From: Alphaproteobacteria bacterium | GTDB taxonomy: Bacteria > Pseudomonadota > Alphaproteobacteria > UBA6615 | Reading direction: 5' to 3' | DNA length: 64,000 nt | Assembly: GCA_002727315.1 (NCBI GenBank) | Contig: PBWR01000011.1 | Coordinates: forward strand, 766-64,765 | Shown here: positions 48,606-58,925 of the stretch, one piece after another | Layout: every line of letters begins with the position of its first letter | Numbering within the stretch: position 1 is the first letter of the stretch | Program-made: the position numbers and the translations under genes | Notes under the pieces: generated by a model | The model's database searches: none | Told to the model about the DNA's origin: nothing | What the model saw: the letters and a program-made list of their open reading frames with translations, nothing else

Positions 48606-49367
48606 ATGCGCGGCCTGAACGGGAAAACGGTCATCGTGACAGGTGGCGCCGGCGGTATCGGCCGCGTGACCTGCCGGCGTTTCGCCGAGGAAGGCGCGCG
48701 GGTTGCCGTTCTCGATATCGACGGGGACAGCGCCGCGGCCGTTGCAGCCGGCATTGTAGGCGACGGGGCCATGTCCGTCGCGGTCGATCTGACGGATCAT
48801 CGTGCGGTCGCAGACGCTGTCGCGGCCGTTGAATCGCAGCTCGGCCCGATCGAGGTGCTGGTCAACAATGCCGGCTGGGACAGGTTCACGCCGTTTCTGA
48901 AGTCAGAGCCGGAGTACTGGTCGAAGATCATCGACATCAATCTGAAGAGCGCACTGAACATATTGCACGCGGTCATGCCGGGAATGGTGGATCGTCAAGC
49001 CGGACGGGTGGTGACGGTCTCTTCGGATGCCGGCCGGGTGGGCTCGTCGGGAGAATCCGTCTATTCGGCCTGCAAGGCCGGGCTCATCGCATTGTCCAAG
49101 ACCCTGGCGCGCGAACATTCCCGCGAAAACCTGACCTTCAACGTGGTTTGTCCCGGGCTGACAGACACCGCCATGTTCCAGTCCTTCATGGAAGGCGCGG
49201 GCGATCCGGAACGCCTGCGCGAGGTCTATCGCAAGGCCATTCCCATGGGGCGCATCGGCGAGCCCGAGGATCTGTCGGGTATCATTACATTCCTCGCCAG
49301 CGATGATGCGGCCTTCATCACCGGGCAGGTGATCAGTGTCTCGGGCGGCCTGACGATGCACGGATAG
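48606..49367 (+). CDS. SDR, BadH-like (2-hydroxycyclohexanecarboxyl-CoA dehydrogenase-like)
   Basis: TGGAGGIG, NNAGWD, SSDAGRVGSSGESVYSACK, LAREH, GQVISVSGGLTMHG. Confidence 0.88.
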   Translation: MRGLNGKTVIVTGGAGGIGRVTCRRFAEEGARVAVLDIDGDSAAAVAAGIVGDGAMSVAVDLTDHRAVADAVAAVESQLGPIEVLVNNAGWDRFTPFLKSEPEYWSKIIDINLKSALNILHAVMPGMVDRQAGRVVTVSSDAGRVGSSGESVYSACKAGLIALSKTLAREHSRENLTFNVVCPGLTDTAMFQSFMEGAGDPERLREVYRKAIPMGRIGEPEDLSGIITFLASDDAAFITGQVISVSGGLTMHG

Positions 49368-49377
49368 GAGCACGGAG

Positions 49378-50139
49378 ATGGGACAACTCGATGGCAAGGT
49401 TGCAGTCGTGACCGGCGGTGGCCGGGGCCTCGGACGGGCATACTGCGAAGCGCTTGCGGCCGAAGGCGCGGCGGTTGTGGCCGGGGATATCCGCGATATG
49501 GCCGACACCGTCTCATCGGTTGAGTCCGCCGGCGGCGCGATTGTCGGCGTTTCGCTCGACGTGGCCGACAAGGAAAGCTGTGAGGCTTTGGCCGCTGCCG
49601 CGCAATCAGCGTTCGGGCAGGTAGATATCCTGGTCAACAATGCGGCCCTGTACGGCGATATTTCTGGCGGCCGCTTCGACGAGATATCCGACGACCAGTG
49701 GGACCGTGTCATGGCGGTGAACGTCAAGGGCATATGGCAGTGCTGCCGGGCCTGCGTGCCTGCCATGCGGGAAAAAGGCGGCGGCTCCATCATCAATATC
49801 GCCTCGCTCGCCGCGACCTACGGCATGCCCTATGCGATCGACTACGCGACGTCGAAGGCCGCGGTGATCGGCCTCACGCGTTCGCTGGCCCGCGAACTGG
49901 GCCGGGACCGGATTAGGGTCAACGCCGTCGCGCCGAGCGCGGTCCTGACCGAGGGCACCGACGAGTTTATGGGCGAGAAGCGCGATCACACACTCTACGT
50001 GATCTCCCAGGGGCAAAGCCTGAAGGGCAATCTGGAGACCGGGGATATGACGGGGACGATCGTCTACCTGGCGTCCGATGCGAGCAACTTCGTGACGGGC
50101 CAGACGATCATGGTCGATGGCGGCACGGTGATGCTTTAG
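49378..50139 (+). CDS. SDR family NAD(P)-dependent oxidoreductase
   Basis: TGGGRGLG, NNAA, YATSK, IRVNAVAP, TGQTIMVDGG. Confidence 0.93.
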   Translation: MGQLDGKVAVVTGGGRGLGRAYCEALAAEGAAVVAGDIRDMADTVSSVESAGGAIVGVSLDVADKESCEALAAAAQSAFGQVDILVNNAALYGDISGGRFDEISDDQWDRVMAVNVKGIWQCCRACVPAMREKGGGSIINIASLAATYGMPYAIDYATSKAAVIGLTRSLARELGRDRIRVNAVAPSAVLTEGTDEFMGEKRDHTLYVISQGQSLKGNLETGDMTGTIVYLASDASNFVTGQTIMVDGGTVML

Positions 50140-50225
50140 CGACGGACTTGCCGTGGCCGCTGGCGAAACATATGTACTGGCCCAATCGATAAGCGACACG
50201 CCGTCGCGAGCAAACCAAAGGCACG

Positions 50226-51422
50226 ATGATGACCAAGACACCCCTCGAGGAAATGGGTGAGCCCCTCTACTACATAGCCAGTAATGCAGAAGAGGCCGGT
50301 TTCCCCACGCCGCCCAATCCCCACGGTCAGTCTCTGCGCACCTGGGTCCGTTCCCTCGGCGGGATGCAGAAGGAAGCGCTTGTGGTCAACGCGGCCACGG
50401 GCACCGCATGGCGGTTTACCTGCGACGAAGGTGAACATCTGGGCGGTCACAACAAGGCACCGAACCCGCTGACCTATCTCAGTACCGGCATGATCGCGTC
50501 CTACATGAACGAGATCACGGCACTTGCCGAGCAGCGGCAGATCGAACTGCGCGACCTGGAGCTTGTGCTGGAGAATTATTACTGGCGCGAGGGCGACTTC
50601 CGGAAGGGAACTATGAACAGCGGTGCCCTGGCGCCGGAACTGACCGTCAGCTGCGACGCCGATTGTGACGATGCGACCTTGCAGACCCTGCTTTATGAAG
50701 CCGTTGCGGCCTCGCCCCTGAACGGCCTGGCGCGCGGCGAGCATCCGAGCCTGTTCAACCTGGTCCACAATGGGGTGGAGCAGACGCCTGAGGCGGTGCT
50801 GCCGCTGGCGGCCGATCCGTTCCCCAATCCCGGCGACAATTTTCCTAACCTGGTGCGCGATGCCGACAGCCCTGCGGTGCCGGACCTGATCCAGATGATG
50901 GTGGAAGAGGGAGCCGCGTATGAGGCGTTCCTCAAGACCCGGCCTGTCTCGCCCGATCTCGGTGAGGGCAAGCAACTGTTGCATATGCACAGCTGTTGCA
51001 CGCTGCGCCCCGACGGGGTCAAGGAAATCTACAAGGAGCAGTACGGCACGCCTGCGCCGAGCTGGCAGTTCCTGTCATCGGAAGATGGCCGCGCGCCGGA
51101 TGCTGGCTCGCTGATCTCGGCCGGCATCGGTCTCTGCTTCATGACTCAGATGGGCCGGTTCTCGAAAATGGCGAAGCTGCCGCTGACTGGTTACTCGATC
51201 ATTCAGGACACCCACTTCTCCCTCGGCGGTGCGTCGGGCGGAACCGGTCAGTCCGGCGTCGCCCAGCCGGTCGAGACCCATGTTTATCTGGACACCGATG
51301 CTGATGACGCCGCGGCGCAGCAGATCCTTGGGGTCGGCGAGCGGACCTGCTTCCTGCACGCGTTCGCCCGCGACGATCTGAAGCCGAAGGTGCGTGCGGC
51401 GAAGACGTCCCGCGCGGCTTAG
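50226..51422 (+). CDS. Tandem OsmC/Ohr-like domain protein
   Basis: Domain 1: DEGEHLGGHNKAPNPL...ASY...AASP. Domain 2: APDAGSL...GLCFMTQ...ERTCF. Confidence 0.75.
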   Translation: MMTKTPLEEMGEPLYYIASNAEEAGFPTPPNPHGQSLRTWVRSLGGMQKEALVVNAATGTAWRFTCDEGEHLGGHNKAPNPLTYLSTGMIASYMNEITALAEQRQIELRDLELVLENYYWREGDFRKGTMNSGALAPELTVSCDADCDDATLQTLLYEAVAASPLNGLARGEHPSLFNLVHNGVEQTPEAVLPLAADPFPNPGDNFPNLVRDADSPAVPDLIQMMVEEGAAYEAFLKTRPVSPDLGEGKQLLHMHSCCTLRPDGVKEIYKEQYGTPAPSWQFLSSEDGRAPDAGSLISAGIGLCFMTQMGRFSKMAKLPLTGYSIIQDTHFSLGGASGGTGQSGVAQPVETHVYLDTDADDAAAQQILGVGERTCFLHAFARDDLKPKVRAAKTSRAA

Positions 51423-51437
51423 TTTGGGAGGAGGAGG

Positions 51438-52673
51438 CTACTCCGCGGCAACGGCGTAGTTCGGAACCTCGAGTTCCGGCACCACCTTCTCCATGAACAG
51501 GCGCATTTCTTCGAGCAGCTCGTCCTTGGGCTGCTGGGCCCAGTGCCAGATCAGAGTGATGTGCTCGCACGGGATGCGAGAATAGATCTCCTGCCAGTCG
51601 GCGATCGCGTCATCGACGGTGCCGCCGAGCACGAATTTGTGCTCCTTCATGGCCCGGAACGCTGCCTCGGCGTCGTGGTTCACCGGGTCCACATTATGGT
51701 TGCCGAAGACCGAGTAGAAGTTCTTGAAAATGTCGAGATCGTAGGACCGAAGCTTGCGGTCGAAATCGTCGGCTGATTTTCCGATGCGGGTATGGCGCAC
51801 GATGTTCTGCATCTGGCCGTACTGCAGCTGCCGGCCATGCTTGGCGGCTTCCTCCATATAGACCTGGGCAAGTTCCACGACCCCGTCGGTGGGATTGAAA
51901 TAGCTCGGCCGGAACCCGTGTTTGGCGGCGAACTCGATCGTCTCGCGCGACCGGGCTACGGCGCAGAAGACCGGCGGGTGGGGCTTCTGCAAAGGGCTGG
52001 GGACGACGGAAATCCGGCGTAGCACGCCGTTTTCGTCGATCTCGCCAGGCGCACCGGCCTCCCTGGCGATTTCATAGCCCGGGTAATCCTCGATGCCGGT
52101 CTCGATCGGGTAGGGAGCCTGATAGTATTTCCCGTCGAGTGCGACCGAATCCTGGGTCCAGCAGTCGAGCACCATCTCGACACGTTCCTCGAAAATCTCG
52201 CGATTGAGCTTGTCGCCCGAGCTGCCGTCCGAGACGGTTGCAACCGCCCCGGTCGACTGCCCAAGTACGTTCGTCCAGCGCGACTGGTAGCCGCGCGCGA
52301 AGCCGACGAAATACTTGCCCTTCGTCAGATGGTCGATCATCGCCGTTTCCTCGGCGACCCGGATCGGGTCCTGCGCCGACATCACGTAGCCGAAGGCGCC
52401 GACACGCAAATTCTCCACCTGGTTTGCCCAGTGGGCATTGAGGATGCCCGGGTTCGGGCCGACCTCGTAGCCTTCCGAATGGAAATGATGCTCGATGGTG
52501 GACATGCCCCAGAATCCCATCTCGTCGGCCGCCTTGAGGATGTCGGTCCACTCGTGGACGATCTCCTGGTAGAGGTCCGCATCCCGACCGATGGGGCGTT
52601 TTGCGCGGCGGTCGTGTTCGTCTTCGGCAGGGAAGACGGGATATAGCTGAACGATGACTTTCGGCGAACCCAT
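51438..52673 (-). CDS. Luciferase-like (LLM class) flavin-dependent monooxygenase
   Basis: ADEMGF...EHHFH, DPIRVAEETAMIDHLTKG, GFARGYQ, PSPLQKPHPP, TIEFAAKHG. Confidence 0.9.
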   Translation of the reverse strand: MGSPKVIVQLYPVFPAEDEHDRRAKRPIGRDADLYQEIVHEWTDILKAADEMGFWGMSTIEHHFHSEGYEVGPNPGILNAHWANQVENLRVGAFGYVMSAQDPIRVAEETAMIDHLTKGKYFVGFARGYQSRWTNVLGQSTGAVATVSDGSSGDKLNREIFEERVEMVLDCWTQDSVALDGKYYQAPYPIETGIEDYPGYEIAREAGAPGEIDENGVLRRISVVPSPLQKPHPPVFCAVARSRETIEFAAKHGFRPSYFNPTDGVVELAQVYMEEAAKHGRQLQYGQMQNIVRHTRIGKSADDFDRKLRSYDLDIFKNFYSVFGNHNVDPVNHDAEAAFRAMKEHKFVLGGTVDDAIADWQEIYSRIPCEHITLIWHWAQQPKDELLEEMRLFMEKVVPELEVPNYAVAAE

Positions 52674-52941
52674 TATGCGTTCCTCACAGATGTTGGCGGC
52701 GGTGTTTGTTGGACCCGATCATGCAAAGACTAGTCGGTCCCGCCAAATCGATTGCACAGAAATTTTTACTGAATGAAAATATCATTGGGCGTGCGCCAAG
52801 ACCAGTTCCGGTGCGTCGGCTTCGCGGTTCCATTGCTGTCTGGTCGTGTGTCAAATAGATCCATGCAGGTACGACGATTTACGATTTGCGCTATCATCCG
52901 GTTCGCTGAAATTCCGTGTAACCGTTGTTTGAGAGACAGAG

Positions 52942-53886
52942 ATGGCCCTCCATCCCCAAATCATAGAACTTATCCACCGTGCCGAGCAGGCTGGCGTCCG
53001 TCCGACGCACGAGATGACACCTCATGAGGCACGCCAGCAAATGGATGAAATGTCCCGTATACGTGACCAGGATCGAACTTCGGTTCGCATGGTCGCCGAT
53101 ACGGTGATCGACGGACCGGGCGGGAATCTGACCCTGCGTTTCTACTGGCCGGAGGTGGAGCGGACGGAACTGGCGCCGGCGATCATGTTCTTTCACGGTG
53201 GCGGGCATGTGATCGGCAGCCTGAATTCCCATGACCTGGTGGCGCGCAATCTATGCGCCGATACTGGATATCTCGTGATCTCGGTCGATTATCGCCTGGC
53301 ACCAGAGGCCAAGTTCCCGGCCGCCCCCAAGGATTGCTTTGCAGCCACTCAGTGGGTCGCGGCAAACACGCGCCAGCTGGGCGTCGATCCGGCCCGGATA
53401 GGGGTGGCTGGAGACAGTGCCGGGGCGAACCTGGCGGCGGTGGTCGCAATGATGGCGCGCGAGGCCGGCGGTCCGGACATTGCTTTCCAGCTTCTAATCT
53501 ATCCGGTGGCGGATTTCGCGATGGACACCCCGTCCTACGAAACCTATGCCGAGGGAGCAGGGATTTTGACGGCGGCCGGTATGGCGTGGTTTCGGGAGCA
53601 TTATCTGAATGGGCCGGAAGACCGCGCGGACTGGCGCGCGGCGCCTCTCCAGGCGGCGGATTTCACGAACCTGCCGCCAGCGCTGGTGATAACCGCAGAG
53701 TGCGATGTCCTCCACGATGAGGGGGTGGCGCTGGCGGCGGCGCTGGCCGATGCAGGGGGCACCGTGGAGCACCGCGAATACCCTGGCATGATGCATGGCT
53801 TCTATTCGTTCGCGCCGGTGGTCGATGACGGCCGGGCGGCACAGTTGTTCGCGGCCGAGGCATTGCGCGCGGCTCTTTCAACCTAA
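52942..53886 (+). CDS. HSL-family alpha/beta hydrolase (esterase/lactonase)
   Basis: HGGG, DYRLAPEAKFPAA, GDSAGANL, DVLHDEG, HGF. Confidence 0.93.
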   Translation: MALHPQIIELIHRAEQAGVRPTHEMTPHEARQQMDEMSRIRDQDRTSVRMVADTVIDGPGGNLTLRFYWPEVERTELAPAIMFFHGGGHVIGSLNSHDLVARNLCADTGYLVISVDYRLAPEAKFPAAPKDCFAATQWVAANTRQLGVDPARIGVAGDSAGANLAAVVAMMAREAGGPDIAFQLLIYPVADFAMDTPSYETYAEGAGILTAAGMAWFREHYLNGPEDRADWRAAPLQAADFTNLPPALVITAECDVLHDEGVALAAALADAGGTVEHREYPGMMHGFYSFAPVVDDGRAAQLFAAEALRAALST

Positions 53887-53910
53887 TCATAGGAATTGGG
53901 CCGGGTTTGC

Positions 53911-53939
53911 TTGACATGTCGGGGGTGCGGCAGTACATC
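53911..53939 (+). promoter_or_regulatory. Sigma70 promoter of tRNA-Asp
   Basis: TTGACA-N17-TACATC. Confidence 0.65.
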
Positions 53940-53951
53940 CCGGCGTCGGTT

Positions 53952-54029
<78 letters not shown>

Positions 54030-54057
54030 CCGACCCTTGATTTACAGTTGCAGCGAC

Positions 54058-54079
54058 GGTCCCGTCCAGGGGCCTTTTT
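54058..54079 (+). terminator. Terminator after tRNA-Asp
   Basis: Stem GGTCCC/GGGGCC followed by T5. Confidence 0.6.
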
Positions 54080-54290
54080 CATGTGCGAATCGCGGCCTGG
54101 CGCGGCTTCCCCAAAACAACCGAAAACGACGGCTAGACAATGTGTTGCGACCGAGTCTGGACGCCTTGCAAGGCTGGGTGCGCTGGTGTATCCCTGACCT
54201 CGCTTGATCCGCGGTTTTCAGGCGTGCAGGTCTGTTTCCGATAGACCTCAATTGCGCGTGGATTTGAAGACCGAAACCAGAGCTTTGCCG

Positions 54291-54656
54291 ATGGAAGAAC
54301 TCCTCCTAGAGTACCTGCCAATTCTCATCTTCATTGGGCTTGCGGCCGGGCTCTCGATGATGATGGTGATCGCCTCGATGATCGCCGGCGCGCGCAAGCC
54401 CGATCCTGAAAAGAACTCGGCCTACGAATGCGGCTTCGATGCTTTCGACGATGCGCGCATGAAGTTCGATGTGCGGTTCTACCTGGTTGCGATCCTGTTC
54501 ATCATTTTCGACCTCGAAGTTGCCTTCCTGTTTCCGTGGGCGATCACCTTGTCCGATATCGGCGAGTTCGGTTTCTGGTCGATGATCGTGTTCCTGGGAA
54601 TTCTGACGGTCGGTTTTGTCTATGAATGGCGTAAGGGAGCGCTCGAATGGGAATAA
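54291..54656 (+). CDS. nuoA: NADH-quinone oxidoreductase subunit A
   Basis: [35 protein letters not shown]. Confidence 0.97.
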   Translation: MEELLLEYLPILIFIGLAAGLSMMMVIASMIAGARKPDPEKNSAYECGFDAFDDARMKFDVRFYLVAILFIIFDLEVAFLFPWAITLSDIGEFGFWSMIVFLGILTVGFVYEWRKGALEWE

Positions 54657-55195
54657 GCATTCATGACCCCGCCGAGGCGGTCTTTCGGCCCGGCCCCGAT
54701 CAGGATGCAGCCATCCAGGCGGTCACGGCCGAGCTGACCGACAAGGGCTTCGTGCTGGCCAACATGGACAAGCTGGTCAACTGGGCGCGAACGGGCTCGC
54801 TCTGGCCGATGACGTTCGGGCTTGCCTGTTGTGCTGTCGAGATGATGCACACCGCGGCATCGCGATATGACATGGACCGGTTCGGGTTCCTATTCCGGCC
54901 GAGCCCGCGCCAATCCGACGTGATGATCGTGGCCGGCACCCTGACCAACAAAATGGCGCCCGCGCTCCGCAAGGTTTACGACCAGATGCCCGAGCCGCGT
55001 TGGGTGATCTCCATGGGCTCGTGTGCCAACGGCGGGGGCTACTACCACTATTCCTACTCGGTCGTGCGCGGCTGTGACCAGATCGTACCTGTCGATATTT
55101 ACGTGCCCGGATGTCCGCCCACGGCGGAAGCGCTGCTTTACGGCATCATGCAGTTGCAGCGGAAGATCCGGCGCACCGGAACCATCGCACGCTAG
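54647..55195 (+). CDS. nuoB: NADH-quinone oxidoreductase subunit B
   Basis: [31 protein letters not shown]. Confidence 0.97.
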   Translation: MGISIHDPAEAVFRPGPDQDAAIQAVTAELTDKGFVLANMDKLVNWARTGSLWPMTFGLACCAVEMMHTAASRYDMDRFGFLFRPSPRQSDVMIVAGTLTNKMAPALRKVYDQMPEPRWVISMGSCANGGGYYHYSYSVVRGCDQIVPVDIYVPGCPPTAEALLYGIMQLQRKIRRTGTIAR

Positions 55196-55230
55196 CGCGG
55201 ACCCGGTAGAAGGCATCACGGAAACGGGGC

Positions 55231-55860
55231 ATGGACGAAGCGCTCAAGGATCTCGGTGACTATATAGCCGCCGCGCTGCCGCAGGACGTAAACGGCATCC
55301 ATACCGCCAATGGTCAGCTGGAAGTGTCGGTGCGCGCAGATGCGATCATCAAGGTGCTGACCTTCCTGCGCGACGACAGCAACTGCCTGTTCAAGGTCCT
55401 GATCGATATTTGCGGTGTCGACTATCCCGAGCGCGCGGAGCGGTTCGATGTTGTCTACGCGCTGCTGTCCATGAGCCAGAACCAGCGGGTGCGCGTGAAA
55501 CTGAGTGTCGGGGAGGATGTCCCCGTGCCGACGGCGACAACCGTTTACAGCGCGGCCGGCTGGTTCGAGCGCGAAACCTGGGACATGTACGGCATCTATT
55601 TCGCCGACCATCCCGACCTGCGCCGCATCCTGACCGACTATGGATTCGAAGGGCATCCGATGCGAAAGGATTTCCCGCTCACTGGCCGTGTCGAGGTGCG
55701 TTACGACGAGACCCAGAAGCGTGTGGTCTACGACCCGGTGAAGCTGACCCAGGATTTCCGCAGTTTCGATTTCCTCAGCCCCTGGGAAGGCATGAACGAA
55801 ATCCTGCCCGGCGACGAGAAGGCGAGCGCGGATGAGGAAGAGGGAGCCGAGGGCGCCTGA
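55231..55860 (+). CDS. nuoC: NADH-quinone oxidoreductase subunit C
   Basis: [35 protein letters not shown]. Confidence 0.97.
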   Translation: MDEALKDLGDYIAAALPQDVNGIHTANGQLEVSVRADAIIKVLTFLRDDSNCLFKVLIDICGVDYPERAERFDVVYALLSMSQNQRVRVKLSVGEDVPVPTATTVYSAAGWFERETWDMYGIYFADHPDLRRILTDYGFEGHPMRKDFPLTGRVEVRYDETQKRVVYDPVKLTQDFRSFDFLSPWEGMNEILPGDEKASADEEEGAEGA

Positions 55861-57038
55861 TGTCTGAAGTCGCGATCAAGAACCTGACCCTCAACTTCGG
55901 GCCGCAGCATCCGGCGGCCCACGGGGTTCTGCGTCTGGTGCTCGAGATGGACGGCGAGGTTGTGGAGCGGGCCGACCCCCATATCGGCTTGCTGCACCGG
56001 GGCACCGAGAAGCTGATCGAGTACAAGACCTACCTGCAGGCCGTGCCGTATTTCGACCGTCTCGATTACGTCTCGCCCATGTGTCAGGAGCACGCATTTG
56101 CACTTGCGGTCGAGAAACTGCTCGAGATCGAGGTCCCGGAACGCGGCCAGTACATCCGGGTCTTGTTCTCCGAGATCACCCGCATCCTGAACCACATCAT
56201 GAACCTGACGACCTATGCGCTGGATGTCGGGGCCATGACGCCACTGCTCTGGGGTTTCGAAGAGCGTGAGCGGATGATGGAGTTCTACGAGCGGGTGTCG
56301 GGCGCGCGCTTGCATGCGGCCTATTTCCGCCCGGGCGGTGTGCACCAGGACCTGCCGGCGGGCCTGGCCGACGATATCTACGCGTTCTGCGAGAGCTATC
56401 CGAAATTCATCGACGACATGGAAAGCTTGCTGACGGAGAACCGCATCTTCAAGCAGCGCACCGTCGATATCGGCGTGTTTACGGCCGAGGAGGCCATGGA
56501 CTGGGGCATGACCGGTTCGACGCTCAGGGCCAGCGGCGTGCCCTGGGATCTGCGCAAATCCCAGCCCTATGACGTCTATGACCGGATGGACTTCGACGTC
56601 CCGGTCGGAAAGACAGGCGACTGCTATGCGCGCTATCTGGTCCGGGTAGAGGAGATGCGCCAGAGCCTGCGGATCATCAGGCAGTGCCTGGACGAAATGC
56701 CCGACGGCCCGGTGATCACCCAGAACCACAAACTGACGCCGCCTCGCCGGGGTGAGATGAAGCACTCCATGGAAGCGCTGATCCATCACTTCAAGCTCTA
56801 CACCGAGGGATATCACGTGCCCGCCGGCGAGACCTATACGGCCGTCGAGGCGCCCAAGGGCGAATTTGGCGTGTACCTGGTTGCCGATGGGACCAACCGG
56901 CCCTATCGCTGTAAGATCCGGGCGCCGGGATTTGCCTTCATGCAGGCCGTCGAGGCGCTGACCAAGGGCCACATGCTGGCCGACGTTCCGGCCGTGATCG
57001 GCAGTCTGGATATTGTGTTCGGAGAGGTCGACCGATGA
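55860..57038 (+). CDS. nuoD: NADH-quinone oxidoreductase subunit D
   Basis: [42 protein letters not shown]. Confidence 0.98.
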   Translation: MSEVAIKNLTLNFGPQHPAAHGVLRLVLEMDGEVVERADPHIGLLHRGTEKLIEYKTYLQAVPYFDRLDYVSPMCQEHAFALAVEKLLEIEVPERGQYIRVLFSEITRILNHIMNLTTYALDVGAMTPLLWGFEERERMMEFYERVSGARLHAAYFRPGGVHQDLPAGLADDIYAFCESYPKFIDDMESLLTENRIFKQRTVDIGVFTAEEAMDWGMTGSTLRASGVPWDLRKSQPYDVYDRMDFDVPVGKTGDCYARYLVRVEEMRQSLRIIRQCLDEMPDGPVITQNHKLTPPRRGEMKHSMEALIHHFKLYTEGYHVPAGETYTAVEAPKGEFGVYLVADGTNRPYRCKIRAPGFAFMQAVEALTKGHMLADVPAVIGSLDIVFGEVDR

Positions 57039-57613
57039 GCGACGCGTTTGCATTCGATGACGTCTGCAGGGCCCGGGCCGAGACGATCGTGGGGCGCTAT
57101 CCCGAGGGCCGCCAGCAGAGCGCGGTGATCCCTCTGCTCGACCTGGCACAGCGCCAGGCCGGCGGCTGGCTGCCGACCGAGGCCATCGAGTATGTCGCCG
57201 GCTATCTGGATATGCCGAAGATCCGTGTCCTCGAGGTCGCGTCTTTCTATTCGATGTTCAACCTGGAGCCGGTCGGAAAGAATTTCGTGCAGCTCTGCCG
57301 GACCACCCCGTGTTGGCTACGCGGTTCCGACGATCTGCGCGCCGTGGCCAAGGATGTGACCGGATGCGGACTGGGCGAGACCAGCCCAGACGGCGCGTTC
57401 ACGGTCGTCGAAGTGGAATGCCTGGGTGCGTGCTGCAACGCGCCGATGGTCCAGATCAACGACGAATATTACGAGGACCTCACGGCCGAGAGTTTCAAGG
57501 CCGTGCTCGAAGCGCTGAAACGCGGCGAGACCCCGGAGCCGGGCTCCCAGGCGGGACGAACCGGGTCTGAGCCAGTTGAGGGCCTGACCACGCTGACCGG
57601 GGAGGGCGCGTGA
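57035..57613 (+). CDS. nuoE: NADH-quinone oxidoreductase subunit E
   Basis: [24 protein letters not shown]. Confidence 0.96.
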   Translation: MSDAFAFDDVCRARAETIVGRYPEGRQQSAVIPLLDLAQRQAGGWLPTEAIEYVAGYLDMPKIRVLEVASFYSMFNLEPVGKNFVQLCRTTPCWLRGSDDLRAVAKDVTGCGLGETSPDGAFTVVEVECLGACCNAPMVQINDEYYEDLTAESFKAVLEALKRGETPEPGSQAGRTGSEPVEGLTTLTGEGA

Positions 57614-58913
57614 TGCTGCGCGACGAAGACCGGATCTTCCAGAATCTCTATGGCCAGGACGACTGGCGCCTCAAGGGCGCGCGGCGTCGCGGAATCTGGG
57701 ACAACACCAAGGCGCTGCTCGAGATGGGCCGCGAGAAACTGGTCGAAGAAATCAAGGAATCGGGCCTACGCGGACGTGGCGGTGCCGGGTTCCGACCGGT
57801 GTGAAATGGTCCTTCATGCCGCCCGAAGAGCGCCGAGATGGGCGGCCGCACTATCTGGTGGTCAATGCGGACGAGTCCGAGCCGGGCACCTGCAAGGACC
57901 GGGAAATCATGCGTTACGACCCTCATGTTCTGGTCGAGGGTTGTCTGATTGCCGGCTTCGCGATGGGCGCCAACGCGGCCTACATCTATGTGCGCGGGGA
58001 GTTCTACGCCGAGGCCTCCCACATGCAGCAGGCGATCGACGAGGCTTATGAGGCCGGTCTGATCGGCCCCAACGCTTGCAGGTCGGGCTGGGACATGGAT
58101 GTCTACCTGCACCGCGGTGCGGGTGCCTATATCTGCGGTGAGGAAACCGCGCTTCTGGAAAGCCTCGAGGGCAAGAAGGGGCAGCCGCGACTGAAGCCGC
58201 CGTTCCCGGCAGCGTGCGGGCTCTATGGCTGTCCGACGACGGTCAACAATGTCGAGACCATTGCCGTCACGCCGACAATCCTGCGTCGCGGATCGTCCTG
58301 GTTTGCGGGTTTCGGGCGTGAGAACAACACCGGCACCAAGATTTTCTCCATCTCCGGCCACGTGAACAATCCGTGCAACGTGGAAGAGGAGATGAGCATC
58401 CCCCTGAAGGAGCTCATCGAGAAGCATGCCGGCGGCGTGCGCGGTGGCTGGGACAATCTTCAGGCCGTGATCCCGGGCGGGTCGTCGACGCCGTGCCTGT
58501 CCAAGTCGATCTGCGACAATATCCTGATGGATTTCGACTCTCTGCGGGATCACAGCACCGGGTTGGGAACCGCGGCGGTGATCGTGATCGACAAGTCGGC
58601 CGACATGATCGAGGCCATCGCGCGGCTCAGCCATTTCTACCGTCACGAAAGCTGCGGGCAGTGCACGCCGTGCCGTGAAGGCATGGGGTGGGTGTACCGG
58701 GTGATGAAGCGGCTCGTGACCGGGGACGCGGAGATCGAGGAAATCGACATGCTCTGGGAAGTCACCAAGCAAATCGAGGGGCACACGATCTGTGCGCTCG
58801 CCGATGGCGGTGTCTGGCCCGTGCAGGGTCTGATCCGGCATTTCCGGCCTGAGATCGAGGAACGTATTCTCCAGCGCAAGAAGGGTTCCGCGCCCTCGCA
58901 GGCTGCGGAATAG
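57613..58913 (+). CDS. nuoF: NADH-quinone oxidoreductase subunit F, split by a 1-nt deletion at 57792-57793
   Basis: [11 protein letters not shown], then a frameshift (TTC CGA where TTC CCG ACC is expected), resuming at KWSFM...[29 protein letters not shown]. Confidence 0.93.
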
Positions 58914-58925
58914 GGGGCGAAGGGG

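Noticed and set aside
53886-53950. attR copy of the tRNA-Val 3' end closing the 47.5-53.9 kb block
   Set aside because: No repeat of the tRNA-Val 3' sequence was found by eye and there is no integrase, so the block is not called a mobile element.
57781-57810. Programmed ribosomal frameshift in nuoF
   Set aside because: There is no X XXY YYZ slippery heptamer or long homopolymer; a single-base error or mutation is the simpler explanation.
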